Positions 1 through 10,235 of a stretch of DNA of 64,000 bases are shown one piece after another. The DNA is from Nemertoderma westbladi (Eukaryota > Animalia > Xenacoelomorpha). Numbering within the stretch: position 1 is the stretch's first letter; each line of letters opens with the position of its first letter. Below the pieces are notes generated by a model. That model saw nothing but the letters and a program-made list of their open reading frames with translations, made no database searches and had not been told where the DNA came from. The position numbers and the translations under genes were made by a program. The DNA lies in NCBI GenBank assembly GCA_032718475.1, contig JAUCBJ010006819.1:1-64000 (forward strand), written 5' to 3'.

Positions 1-370
1 CATCCGTGACGATTACGAGATCTCCCTCTCTTAACTCCCTGTTCGGTTTCCTCCACTTGCTTCGCTTATGGAGCGTGGGTAGGTATTCTTCTACCCACCT
101 CCTCCAATACTCTGCGCTTATTGCTTTAGCGACTTTCCAACTCTGGCGGGAATGTATGTCATCTGGGTCTACACCCCGCATATCGATGGTCGCTGGCCTT
201 TCCATCAGAAAATGGCTAGGCGTCAACACGTCTAATGACTCAGGGTCATCATTCTCCGGATATCCCCTCGCACTTCGCAAGTACTGTCCGTAGAACGTCC
301 TCAGTGACCATGTGGGTGTTCATTAGTTTCGTCATTAGACGCTTTGAACTGCCCACCAGTCTCTCGACGT
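1..370 (-). pseudogene. Disrupted C-terminal part of the BEL integrase
   Basis: Manual translation gives VERLVGSSKRLM...VLAKCEGI, then after a frameshift ENDDPESLDVLTPSHFL...YWRRWVEEYLPTLHKRSKW...GDLVIV. The usual LNSRPL motif is missing. Confidence 0.8.
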
Positions 371-380
371 ATGTAGTGCC

Positions 381-3300
381 CTATCGTGTATATGTATATG
401 TAATGACGTACGTATCTAGTGTATGTGGTGCATACGGCGTCCTTCTCTCCCACTTTACTTGTCGTCTTCTCATGGCCGCCCTGACTTCTTCTCCTTCTAA
501 GATGTCCAAGGCTTCTGCCATCTCACTCTCTGCGCCCACAAAGTTGGTGCCGTTGTCGCTGTATATCACTGCGATCGTCCCACCTTTGCGGTCCCTAAAC
601 CTTTCTAAGGCGTTAATGAATGCTGATGCGGTTGCATCTTGGGCGAGTTCTATCCCTACCGCCCGCGTATTGTTGCATACGAAGATAATACCGTAGCGTT
701 TCTCCGTGTGTCGCATCACCTTGATCTTTATCGGCCCGAACATGTCCACACCGCAATGCGTAAATGGCGGGTCGTGCTGTCTTACCCTACTCGCCGGTAG
801 TGGCGCCATCTCCTGTATGGCTCGTTCCTTCTTCGCCCGTCGGCAGGTCTGGCACTGCCCCACTACCGCTTTAACCTTCTTCCTTAATTGTTTGACCCAA
901 TAGGTCCTCCTTATCTCTGTGAGGGTTCGGTTGGTGCCCCCATGCAATATCGATTTGTGGGAGTCCCATATGATCTGGTGGACTATAGGCGATCCTGTGG
1001 GAATGATGATGGGTTTCGGTGGCACGACTATGCTGTTGTTATATCCCACCCTAGAATTCATTACTAGAATCCCATCGTCGTTGAGTTGTGGCGACAGCGT
1101 AGTCAACTCGCTGTCCCGTCGGAGGTGCTGTTGGTTGCCGACACGTTCCACCTCGTCGCCGTAGTTCTTCCGTTGTTCATAGCGGATTATTGCCTTGGCC
1201 GCTCCTTCCAGATCTATGGTTTCCCTGGTTTTCTTCTCCTTATTAACTCCCGCGAGGAAATTCCCGAAAGCTCTCCAGTACGCCACTAGTTTCTTGGTCT
1301 TGTACCAACTAGAACTGTAGCTGAGGAGTTTGTCCGTCGGGTTATCGCATAGTTCTTGCTTTGGTTGCACGTCCCTAATCTCCCTCACCATCTGGGAGTA
1401 TATCTCTTCTCCCTCTGAGTCTCCCTCTTCTCCCTCTGACACCACTTCTGAGCCCGGCTCCACCTTTCTCATTGGCGGCCAGGCCTCTTTATCGCTCAGA
1501 AATTGTGGCCCATGTTGCCACAATACTTCCTTCTTTAAGAAAGTGTGGCGTTCCACGCCCCTCGACAGCAAGTCCGCTGGGTTCTCGTCTGTTGGGCAGT
1601 AGTGCCACCTTTCCAGTTCTGTGCTCGCCCTTATTTCGTCCACTCTATTCGCGACGAATATCGGGTATCTTGTCTTTTCGTTGTGTAGCCAACCAAGCAC
1701 TACCATGGAGTCCGTCCAGTAGTGTGTCTCCACTATGTTGGGAATAGTATCCACTAGGTAGGCTGTGGCTCTTACTCCTAGTCTCGCAGCTGTCAATTCT
1801 AACTTGGGAACAGATGCTGAATCTGGCGGCGTTGACTTTGCTTTGCTAAAGGCTAGCCTTGGCTTGTGAGCCCCTTCTCGTTGTACTAAGTAGAGTGCCG
1901 CTCCGTACGCTTCCAACGACGCGTCGGAGAACATGTGTAGGTCCAGATTCGTCATGTTCCCATCCGGGAAATACACTCGCGGCATGTTGTATGTTCCCAT
2001 CCTCTCCAAGTCTCCTGTCCATTTGCTCCACTGTTTCTTGATGTCCTCTGGTACCTCTACGTCCCACTCATCCTTCAATTTATATACTCTCTTGAGTATC
2101 TGTTTCCCCGTGACTAGTAATGGGGATGCTAGGCCTAGGGGATCGTATATCCTTGCTATATACGATACATAACCCCTCTTCGTATGGGTGTCTGTGCCCT
2201 CCTGGCTCAGCTGATACTTCAGTTCGTCTGTTCCTCTATCCAACACGATTCCCAATGCCTTTTGCTGCGATTGTGTTCTCTTATTCGCCATGTCCTGTCC
2301 TTTGGCTGTTGTAGGGTTGTCCATGGTCGATTCTGGTTTCTTGTCCTCTATTGCCTTGATAAATTCTTCTGAACTGGATTGGAATTTGGTCAGGTTGAAG
2401 CCGGATCCCTTCAGGATGTCGCGAACCTCGCGCCCTGTTTCCAATATCTCCTCAACCGTATTCCCAGACTCCATACCGTCGTCTACGTAGAAGCCGCGTC
2501 GGATCATATCGACGGCCCTACTGCTGTATCTATCTTCCTTCCCCTTCACCGTGTCTCTCACTGCCATAGTCGTCGTAAATGAGGACGACTTGGCCCCCAT
2601 GTTTTGTACTACCATCTTATATGCCGGTATTACAGGCGGTTCTTCCTCGCCGTTATACCATAAGAAGCGTTGACTGTCGCTATCTTCCTCTGTTACACGG
2701 ACTTGGTTGAACATGCCTTCTATGTCGCACGTGAAGGCGTGTTTCCCATTCCTAAATCTAAGTAGTACTTCTATGCCCGAATTGTATATGTTTGGGCCCT
2801 CTAGCAGGTAGTCGTTTAAGCACTTTCCGTCGGTCTTTGCCGATGCATCGACTACCATCCTAAGTTTACCTTTCTTTGGGTCTAAAGCTACGTGGAGTGG
2901 CAGGTAGTATGTCCTGTCCGTGTTCGGCTCGTCGACCGGTAACTCCACGGCCCATCCTTTCTCGACGTACTTCTTAATCGTTTTGTGAATGTACTCGTTC
3001 TTCTCGGGGCTCCGTTTTAGTGTTTGTTTCAGCTTGCGGAGTCTCGTGAGTACCATCCCTCTATTATCGGGTAGCGGTATCTTCGGTAGTTTCCATACCA
3101 TTCCTATTGTATACCGCCCCTCATCACACGTCATCGATTCCTCCACGCTTCGTAGAGCCTGTTTGTCTTCTACCGAGGTCCCGACCCCGGTCTCTTTCAG
3201 TCCCTCAAAGTCTTGTCTGAGCAGTCTTTTAAGCTGCTCCTCTGCTCCCTCATCACCCATTTCCTGCATTGTTCCCGCGAACATGCATCCTGATGTCTCC

Positions 3301-5246
3301 GACATCCTGAATGGTATCTTGCTCTTAATTGGACCACTCAGCGTCCACCCGAATGGTGTTAATATGGCCACCGGGTCGCTCTGCTTGTCTTCGCCGAAGA
3401 CCGTTTGCATTCTTTCGTGGGCCGTCGGGCAGTCCATTCCTACTATGATGGATACCTTCCTAACGTCCACGTCTGGGATCGAGAAGTCAATGTCGTCCAG
3501 GAACTTGTATTGCTCGACCTCGATGTTGGTTGGCCGCCTGGCATTGATGTTAATTGACTCTATTACTTGGATGGGGTCGATGGTTGCCCCATAATCGCAT
3601 CCTGGTGCCACTGCTGCAATTGCGCACCGTCCTGTCCTCATCTCTAGGATCTCATCTTTGCTAGAGATGGTTGTTACCGCCATTCTGCTTGGCCTTGTTC
3701 TCAATCCTATTTCTTCGGCTACCCATTCCTCGACTAATGTGAAGGCAGCTCCACTATCAACCAGCATTAGTGTTGTTACTGATCGATTGCCCTCCCCGAT
3801 CACTCGCACCGGTACTACTCTAAGTAACACCGTGCCTCTCTTCTTCGCCCCTACCGTGCTCGTTGCCATCGTTTGGCCTCTCCTTTGGCCAAACTTGACC
3901 GGCTTCTCTTGGCACTCCCTGGCCTTGTGTCCACTCTTCACACATCGCGAGCAGATTTTATTGCTCGACGCGTAATCTATCTGGTCTTGCCTCGGTAGCG
4001 CCTGCCAGTACCTGCAGTTCATGGTTTTATGAAGCGCACTTGCGTGTAACTGGCATTTGCTCTTTGGGTCGTAGCCCTCTTTATACAATGCATTGCGTAT
4101 CGCAGTTATATTCGTACCAAAGTCCCTACTATTCTTGTTGACTGGATTTGGCCTACTGGACGTACTGGGGTTATGTTTATTCATGTTGTTATTGTTCCCC
4201 TGTCCGTTCCATGATGTAGTCTTATCTTCGTTTGCCTGTGGACTTGCAGTCCCCTGGGTCGCTGCGTATGGCAATGATTGCCTGAGCCTGGGCAATGCGT
4301 TTGATGTATTGTGCTCTGGTTTCGGCCTGTAGTGATCTGTCTTTGGTCCCTTTCCCAGGCTATCTTCGCTATAGACTGGGTCCGTTATTAGTTCAGCCTC
4401 GTAATTTAAGAAGTTTGACATTTCTTCTAAACCCGGTTCCGCACCCTTCTTGTCTCGAGTGGAGAAAGCAATTTTCCTCCACTTGTTGCGCATCCAACTC
4501 GGTAGTGCCTGCGCTATCGTGGTGATGTTATTGGACGCGTTGAGCTCGTATGGCGCGTCTAGCGTCTTCAACACGATTAGCGCCTTTTCGACTTTGTTAG
4601 CAAACGTCTTGATGCTAACGGGGTTATCCTGTAGGCCACCCGATGTTATGCCTCTCAGCGTCTGCCTGATGATCTTGGCCGGGTGCCCGTATTCCCTATC
4701 CAGTGCCCGCCATGCTGTCGTGAAGCCGCCCTCTATTCCCTGATATTGCCTCACGATGTCGTATGCTGGGCCTCCCGTGTACACTTGTAGATACTTTAGG
4801 CACTCCGCCTGCGTCAAGTTTTTTGTTAGTATTTCGTTACTATACATTTGCCGAAACTGTAAATATTCTTCCGGCCTACTCCCGTCGAACTTGAATGGTT
4901 CCACGGGTGGTAACTCGATCCTCGTTTTCAAAGCATCGATCAACGTGGCCATCCCTATCGCCTGCGCTTCCAATGGATTCGACGGGTGCTGTATAGTTTC
5001 CCCTGTCTGGTGCGTTCCGTCTGTCCTATTTCTTGACCTTCTCTGGCTTGGGTATGTCATTGGGGGTAGCGGCCCCCTCCATATATCTGTGTCACACGAT
5101 CTGTTTTCGTCCAGGGGTCTCGTTGTTCTTGCTACCATCGGGGTATATTGTTGATATTGTGATGGGGGAATGTCACCCTGTCCCCCCCCCCCCCCACCGG
5201 TATGTTTGGTAATGGGGTTGATGTTAATATGTTGGGGCCCATGCAC
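381..5246 (-). CDS. BEL/Pao Gag-Pol main segment (DUF1759-like gag, zinc knuckle, aspartic protease, RT, Pao RNase H, integrase)
   Basis: Motifs FDGSRPEEY, CSRCVKSGHKAREC, LVDSGA, DIEGMFNQV, YVDD, IYDPLG, FSDAS, LELTAA, WTDS, NPADLLSRG, HGG..CQTC, GVDMFGP, SDNGTNFVGA. Confidence 0.93.
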   Translation of the reverse strand: MHGPQHININPITKHTGGGGGGQGDIPPSQYQQYTPMVARTTRPLDENRSCDTDIWRGPLPPMTYPSQRRSRNRTDGTHQTGETIQHPSNPLEAQAIGMATLIDALKTRIELPPVEPFKFDGSRPEEYLQFRQMYSNEILTKNLTQAECLKYLQVYTGGPAYDIVRQYQGIEGGFTTAWRALDREYGHPAKIIRQTLRGITSGGLQDNPVSIKTFANKVEKALIVLKTLDAPYELNASNNITTIAQALPSWMRNKWRKIAFSTRDKKGAEPGLEEMSNFLNYEAELITDPVYSEDSLGKGPKTDHYRPKPEHNTSNALPRLRQSLPYAATQGTASPQANEDKTTSWNGQGNNNNMNKHNPSTSSRPNPVNKNSRDFGTNITAIRNALYKEGYDPKSKCQLHASALHKTMNCRYWQALPRQDQIDYASSNKICSRCVKSGHKARECQEKPVKFGQRRGQTMATSTVGAKKRGTVLLRVVPVRVIGEGNRSVTTLMLVDSGAAFTLVEEWVAEEIGLRTRPSRMAVTTISSKDEILEMRTGRCAIAAVAPGCDYGATIDPIQVIESININARRPTNIEVEQYKFLDDIDFSIPDVDVRKVSIIVGMDCPTAHERMQTVFGEDKQSDPVAILTPFGWTLSGPIKSKIPFRMSETSGCMFAGTMQEMGDEGAEEQLKRLLRQDFEGLKETGVGTSVEDKQALRSVEESMTCDEGRYTIGMVWKLPKIPLPDNRGMVLTRLRKLKQTLKRSPEKNEYIHKTIKKYVEKGWAVELPVDEPNTDRTYYLPLHVALDPKKGKLRMVVDASAKTDGKCLNDYLLEGPNIYNSGIEVLLRFRNGKHAFTCDIEGMFNQVRVTEEDSDSQRFLWYNGEEEPPVIPAYKMVVQNMGAKSSSFTTTMAVRDTVKGKEDRYSSRAVDMIRRGFYVDDGMESGNTVEEILETGREVRDILKGSGFNLTKFQSSSEEFIKAIEDKKPESTMDNPTTAKGQDMANKRTQSQQKALGIVLDRGTDELKYQLSQEGTDTHTKRGYVSYIARIYDPLGLASPLLVTGKQILKRVYKLKDEWDVEVPEDIKKQWSKWTGDLERMGTYNMPRVYFPDGNMTNLDLHMFSDASLEAYGAALYLVQREGAHKPRLAFSKAKSTPPDSASVPKLELTAARLGVRATAYLVDTIPNIVETHYWTDSMVVLGWLHNEKTRYPIFVANRVDEIRASTELERWHYCPTDENPADLLSRGVERHTFLKKEVLWQHGPQFLSDKEAWPPMRKVEPGSEVVSEGEEGDSEGEEIYSQMVREIRDVQPKQELCDNPTDKLLSYSSSWYKTKKLVAYWRAFGNFLAGVNKEKKTRETIDLEGAAKAIIRYEQRKNYGDEVERVGNQQHLRRDSELTTLSPQLNDDGILVMNSRVGYNNSIVVPPKPIIIPTGSPIVHQIIWDSHKSILHGGTNRTLTEIRRTYWVKQLRKKVKAVVGQCQTCRRAKKERAIQEMAPLPASRVRQHDPPFTHCGVDMFGPIKIKVMRHTEKRYGIIFVCNNTRAVGIELAQDATASAFINALERFRDRKGGTIAVIYSDNGTNFVGAESEMAEALDILEGEEVRAAMRRRQVKWERRTPYAPHTLDTYVITYTYTR

Positions 5247-8200
5247 CTATCCGCAATAATTCCCCCCTCCCCTGGGTATATGTTATGTCCCTGCATGTTG
5301 TAGTCATACTGCTGTGCTGGTACCGGTATAGGCCTATCAGCTTCTGGCCTACTCGCCGGTACGTATTCCGCGACTTCCGGGTTTAATTCCGTCGTCCGCG
5401 CTATCCTATCGCCTACACAGCCTCTCTCAGTATGGCCTATGGTATGTGCAGTAAGGCCTACAGTATGTCCTACAGTCTGCATGTGTTGTTCGGGATCGAA
5501 GTTTATTCTTCTCGAATAATCCTCCCCGCGGCTACCGTATTCTCGTTCGGTAGGTATATCCCGTCGGAAAGTTTCTCTTCGACCCCCCTCTCTACTGTTC
5601 TCATCTTCGTACCGGTACATCGCGTACCCCTCTCTCGGCGCGTAGTGCGCCTCGCCGGGTCGCGTCCCTCCGGGGCGACGGCAATCTCCCGGAGTCCGAC
5701 CCCACTGACTCTCCGTTCTCATCTCGACTATCGACGGCTCGCTATCCGTCCTCGCTCTTCTATCGTTCGCGGCGATACTTCTACTACTGTCTTCCTTTCT
5801 TCTCCTATCAGTGGAATATTCCCGCTCGCGAGATCTCTCGTCGACCTCCCGGTTAAACCCCACTGTTCTTCTTCCCTCCTCTGATCGGGCTCGACGCTTC
5901 GTCCGCCCTCTCGCGACGTCAACCTGTCCCTCTCTGCTCGGTCGCACGCCGCTGGGGATACTCGCGATCCCCCTATTACTTTCCGTCGCCGGTCGTTGCG
6001 GTTTACCTATTTCGGCCCTCGCATTATCCGCTGACGGCTGTGGGACACTCCCTGCCCCCCCCCCCCCCCCTCTCGCCGCTAACTCTCTGTTGTGGGGTCC
6101 TCGTAGCCCCCCCCCCACTCGCTACATCTAACTTCGCTACCTCTCTCCCCGCTATTATATACCTCTCTAGTCGACACATCAACCCTACTGCGGTCGGGTC
6201 TATTCACCCCCGCCTTTTCCCCTGCTATTACGTGGCCTTCCAGGCCCTCTACTCCCTGCCTACCAATTACATGGCCTACCAGGCCCTCTGCTCCCTGTCT
6301 ACTAACTACGTGGCCTACCAGGCCCTCTATTCCCTGTCTACTAACTACGTGGCCTACCAGGCCCTCATCCGTCTGGCTACCGACTATGTGACCTACCAGG
6401 CCCTCTTCCGCCTGGTTATGTAGGCCCGACGTGTTTACATTAATAGCACCCATATTGGAAACGGAATTAATTTGCTCGTTTGAAACAAAATCATTTGTAT
6501 TATTCTGCGCGACTACGTTATCTGAATTATTTCGTAAATTCGGGCATAGGTCGTTATTTAAATTATTCGAATTATTTTGCGTAACTGCGTTATTTAAATT
6601 ATTTTGTAGGTTCGAATTTGGGTTATTATTTTGATTATTTGAATTATTTTGCGTAACTACATCAATATTAGAATTATTTCCTACATTAATATTGGGATTG
6701 TTCTGATTTAAATTTAAATTACTACCACTAGGCAAAGTATTTCCTGTAATAAAGGTTTGATTAGTGTCGTCCCATACGGTATTATCAATATTAACAACGT
6801 CTACTGTACCATTATTATTATTACCCCCCCCCCCCCCCCGCCCGTACGGTCGCACCAGTCTTGAGTCTGTCGTGCGGTCCCTGTCAGTGGGGTATTAATA
6901 AATGTATCTACGGCCCCCGGCTCCCTAAAAATACTCGAGCCGGCCCCGCTTTCAGACGGCGACGCTCGCACCAGTTGCAGCTCGTGCGCCCGTCTAATCT
7001 TATCTCCCGCAAGCACATTCTGGCGTTTCTTTATTTCTTTCTGCTCTCGTTCAGCCTCTGCCTTTCTCTTCTCACACTCCTGGGTGTCCCGGGCGGCCGA
7101 CTCCGCTACACTCCTAATACTCTCCCTTCGTCTCACCTCGCGCTCCTTACGTTCCTTTTCCCTTCTCGCCTCACGCTCTTTGCGTTCCCTATCCTCCCTC
7201 GCCTCACGCTCTTTGCGTTCCCTATCCTCCCTCTCCTCATGCTCCCTACACTCCTTTTCCTCTATTTCCTCACACTCCCTAAGATTTCTCAAAGCCCTCT
7301 CTGCCCTCTCTCCGGTTTCTCTAATCAATGCTTCTCCCCTCCTCTAACCGTTCCTCCATTTCCCTCTGACCTTGTTCTACCATGCTGAGACGGTATGCGG
7401 CACCTATCTCTCTCACCACTCTTTCTTTCGCGGAGGATGTAGCAGACTTATCGGTTACAACGGACCCCCTCCGCCTTCCCGACCTACTAACTTTCCCCCG
7501 CTTCCCCGAACTCTCTCCGACCGACGAGGCCGAATCCTCGGGGTTAACCTCGGATCCGCCCCCCTCGGGTTCCCTCCAACCCACTAATTTTGCTCCCCGG
7601 GCATCGACCAAGTATGGCCCTATGTACACTGGCGCTACGCTAGGTTCCATACTCCCGCACTCCCATAGTTCAAACAGTTCGCCCGCAACCCCTTTTGCTC
7701 TCTCCCCGGCTAGTTCTCTCTGCCCAAAACGTATTAGGTAATTAAAGTGTCTATCCGACTCACCTAGTCGCTTTCTCAGTCTCACCTCGTCTACCTTCGC
7801 CCCTTCCTTCTTGGCATCCTCCATCAGCTTCCGGGTCGCGTTGTAGGCCCGTCGAAGTCGTTCTGAAACCCCGACGTCCTCGTCGCCGACCTCTCCTCCG
7901 TCCCTCCGGGTTCGGCGTCGTACCGGCGGCCCCACCGTCGCCGTTCCGGTGGGCCGTCCGTCGCCCTCGGCCTGTAGCTGGCCGGCGACATCGGTACCGA
8001 TCTCTCCTCTGTCTCTTCGCGTCCGGCGTCGCACCGTCGGCCCCACCGTCGCCGTTTCGGTGGCCCGCTCGTCGCCCTCGGCCGGTAGCTGGCCGGCGAC
8101 ATCGGCGCGCCGTTCTCCGTCTCGTGTCGACTCGTCTCCATCTCCCTCCGTCCCGCTCTCGCTTTCTCTTGGCTCGTTCTGGACTTCCGGTTCGCCCGTT

Positions 8201-8304
8201 ATCGATGGCTCCGGCGTCGTGGGCCTGTATCGCTTGGTCGCGGCCTCGCGGATCGTTTGATCTTCGTCCGGGGTCCGCATCGGTGTTTCGCCCGATTCAC
8301 TCAT
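5132..8304 (-). CDS. N-terminal extension of the same BEL polyprotein, split into four overlapping ORFs
   Basis: ORFs 7321..8304, 6801..7328, 6079..6855 and 5132..6118 overlap successively. The frame changes fall at C homopolymers (about 5182-5195, 6055-6116, 6824-6839, 7336-7339). VNPEDSASSVG is a BEL N-terminal-type motif. Confidence 0.65.
6225..6420 (-). repeat. 39-bp coding tandem repeat in BEL gag (EGLVGHVVSRQGx, about 5 copies)
   Basis: Recurring tggcctaccaggccctct with period 39. Confidence 0.85.
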
Positions 8305-8350
8305 CTCGTCTGGTGGCTGATGGTTCGGCTAGCTAGGCTGCAGTTTTTGA

Positions 8351-8948
8351 TGTTCAACTGGGGCTTCTTCCTCGGATTTAGTTACTGGTCCCTGGGTTTA
8401 GTTACTGTGACGGGATCCAGGAGGGATCCCGATTTATCCGGGGTGGTAATTTAGTCCACGCGTCCCCGCCGTGTATAAGGGTGAAATAAAGTAACTGAGT
8501 TCTGAAGTTCGGTGTATAATAATAATAGGGCATAGGATATAGATATAGATATAATGTGTACAAGGCGGGATACGGTAACTAAAGTCCCGTGATCCCCTAA
8601 CTAAACTAAAGTACAATACCAACCTACACTAGCACTGCTGCACTGAGATAACTGAATCACTGATTAATAGGTTATTGGTTATATTGCACGGTGGCCTTAT
8701 TGCTACTCAATCGATGCCTTGCCCCCCTCTGATTGGTTGTTACCCTTGTTGGCGCCCCGTGGAGTGTTCCCGTTCACTCCACCTGTTCTCTCTGGGTTAG
8801 GGGTTTGGCCCCTGACCCTCTATTGTGTGCTTCCTTCCCACTCTTATTGGGATGGCACGAGTTGGTTAATTGCCCAATCTCGTGGCTCCCAATATTGCTT
8901 ATCGGCTTATAACTTTATGGGGTGTTAGCGGGATTGAATAAGCTAACA
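8351..8948 (-). repeat. Candidate 5' LTR of the BEL element
   Basis: Termini read TGTT...AACA. It lies directly upstream of the first ATG (8304) and composition shifts after 8950. The partner LTR is outside the window, so this is unverified. Confidence 0.5.
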
Positions 8949-8977
8949 CAGTTTCGAAACTTCGCATAGTTATAACT

Positions 8978-9272
8978 GTATAAAGATCGTCAGTCTGCGT
9001 TTAGGAAATATATTTCTTTGACAAAACAGGACAAGCGACGAGCGCAACGAGGCATATAATGAAGACGAGTACTGCGTTGACTAAATTGTTATATAAACCA
9101 CCTGGCTTCACATATTGATCGCATCCCTAGTTATTATTATTATAAAGATCGTCCTAGCCTGCGTTTAAGAAATATATTTAAATACAAAACAGGACGAACG
9201 CAAAGAGGCTTATAATGAAAAACGAGTACTGCGTTTATTATATTCCTATAAACCACCTGGCTTTGCATATTT
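8978..9272. repeat. Imperfect tandem duplication, two copies of about 160 bp
   Basis: taaagatcgtc...ctgcgttta...caaaacaggac...acgagtactgcgtt...ataaaccacctggctt occurs twice (about 8981 and 9143). Confidence 0.8.
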
Positions 9273-9633
9273 AACGTGCGATTGGAAATAAGTTCGTGCT
9301 ACCCTTCCGTGGGTGGTAGATGTCGCGGTTATGTATTGGTGGGTGGGGGGAGGGGGGGGGGGGGGGTGTGCAGATTAAAAGGGGTGAACACTGAACACGT
9401 ACTGTCCCCCTTTCTTTGATTAATTGGTGGTGTGGGTTAATATCTCATAACCTGATTTTGTGATACAGTCGCACAATTTTAATTTGTATCTCATAACTGG
9501 GCCTCGTGCTGCGCGAAGGCCCCACGAACGTGTAGTAAACTTGTCTTAACTCTTTGGGCAGAGAATGAACACTTTATGCTGGCTTATGTTTATGTTTGGA
9601 ATTGTTATTTCTTCTTTGGATTTCGATGTAGCC

Positions 9634-9667
<34 letters not shown>

Positions 9668-9916
9668 CCCTCCCTTTATCTCTCTCTTTCCTCTTTACGT
9701 ATATGCATACAGTAGACCAACTTGAAAGGGATACTGACTTGGGAGAAACGAAACTGTGACAACATTATGCCTGATCACTCTCGAACTACTTCAGTAATAC
9801 AGTACATATACACTCGGTATTGTACATAGAATAGGCTATGTGGTTATTGTTAGCTTTAACGATGATCCTTTACTGTACTGAAAATAGTAATACTGTACAT
9901 ACCACTGGTGACTTAC

Positions 9917-10029
9917 CTTAAGCGTTTCCTTTTTTTACGTTTGCAATATATGACGATAGCTATAATCAATAACAAACAAGTCACCAGCGTGAATACAAAT
10001 ACACAGATTAAAACGACCGTCGATAATTT
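9917..10029 (-). CDS. Exon 2 of the same gene: transmembrane helix and basic juxtamembrane segment
   Basis: Acceptor ttttcacag, in-phase translation KLSTVVLICVFVFTLVTCLLLIIAIVIYCKRKKRKRL, donor AG|GTAAGT. Confidence 0.8.
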
Positions 10030-10235
10030 CTGTGAAAAAAAATAAAGGTTTAAATTTTCCTAGAGTGTATTGTAGAGCAAAATAACGCGATATATACACT
10101 TTTATACAGTAGCTGCAATAGTCAGTAATATTAATTAATAATATAGTGTATGTACAGTACTGTATAATAGGAACGCGATGTTCTGATGGTTTTATTCACA
10201 TATGTAGCTCGGCCCAAGGTAATTAATGTTCTTAC

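Larger units (their letters stand above)
1..8948 (-). mobile_element. BEL/Pao LTR retrotransposon; 3' end runs off the window start
   Basis: Gag-PR-RT-RNaseH-IN order in ORF 381..5246, GC-rich block with a sharp boundary near 8950, candidate 5' LTR at 8351-8948. Confidence 0.93.

Noticed and set aside
235-5154. Numerous + strand ORFs over the BEL element
   Set aside because: They are antisense shadows of the gag-pol frame.
9545-9770. Third (cytoplasmic) exon of the ADAM-Ig gene
   Set aside because: There are two possible acceptors and an unreliable poly-C run, so the frame cannot be fixed.
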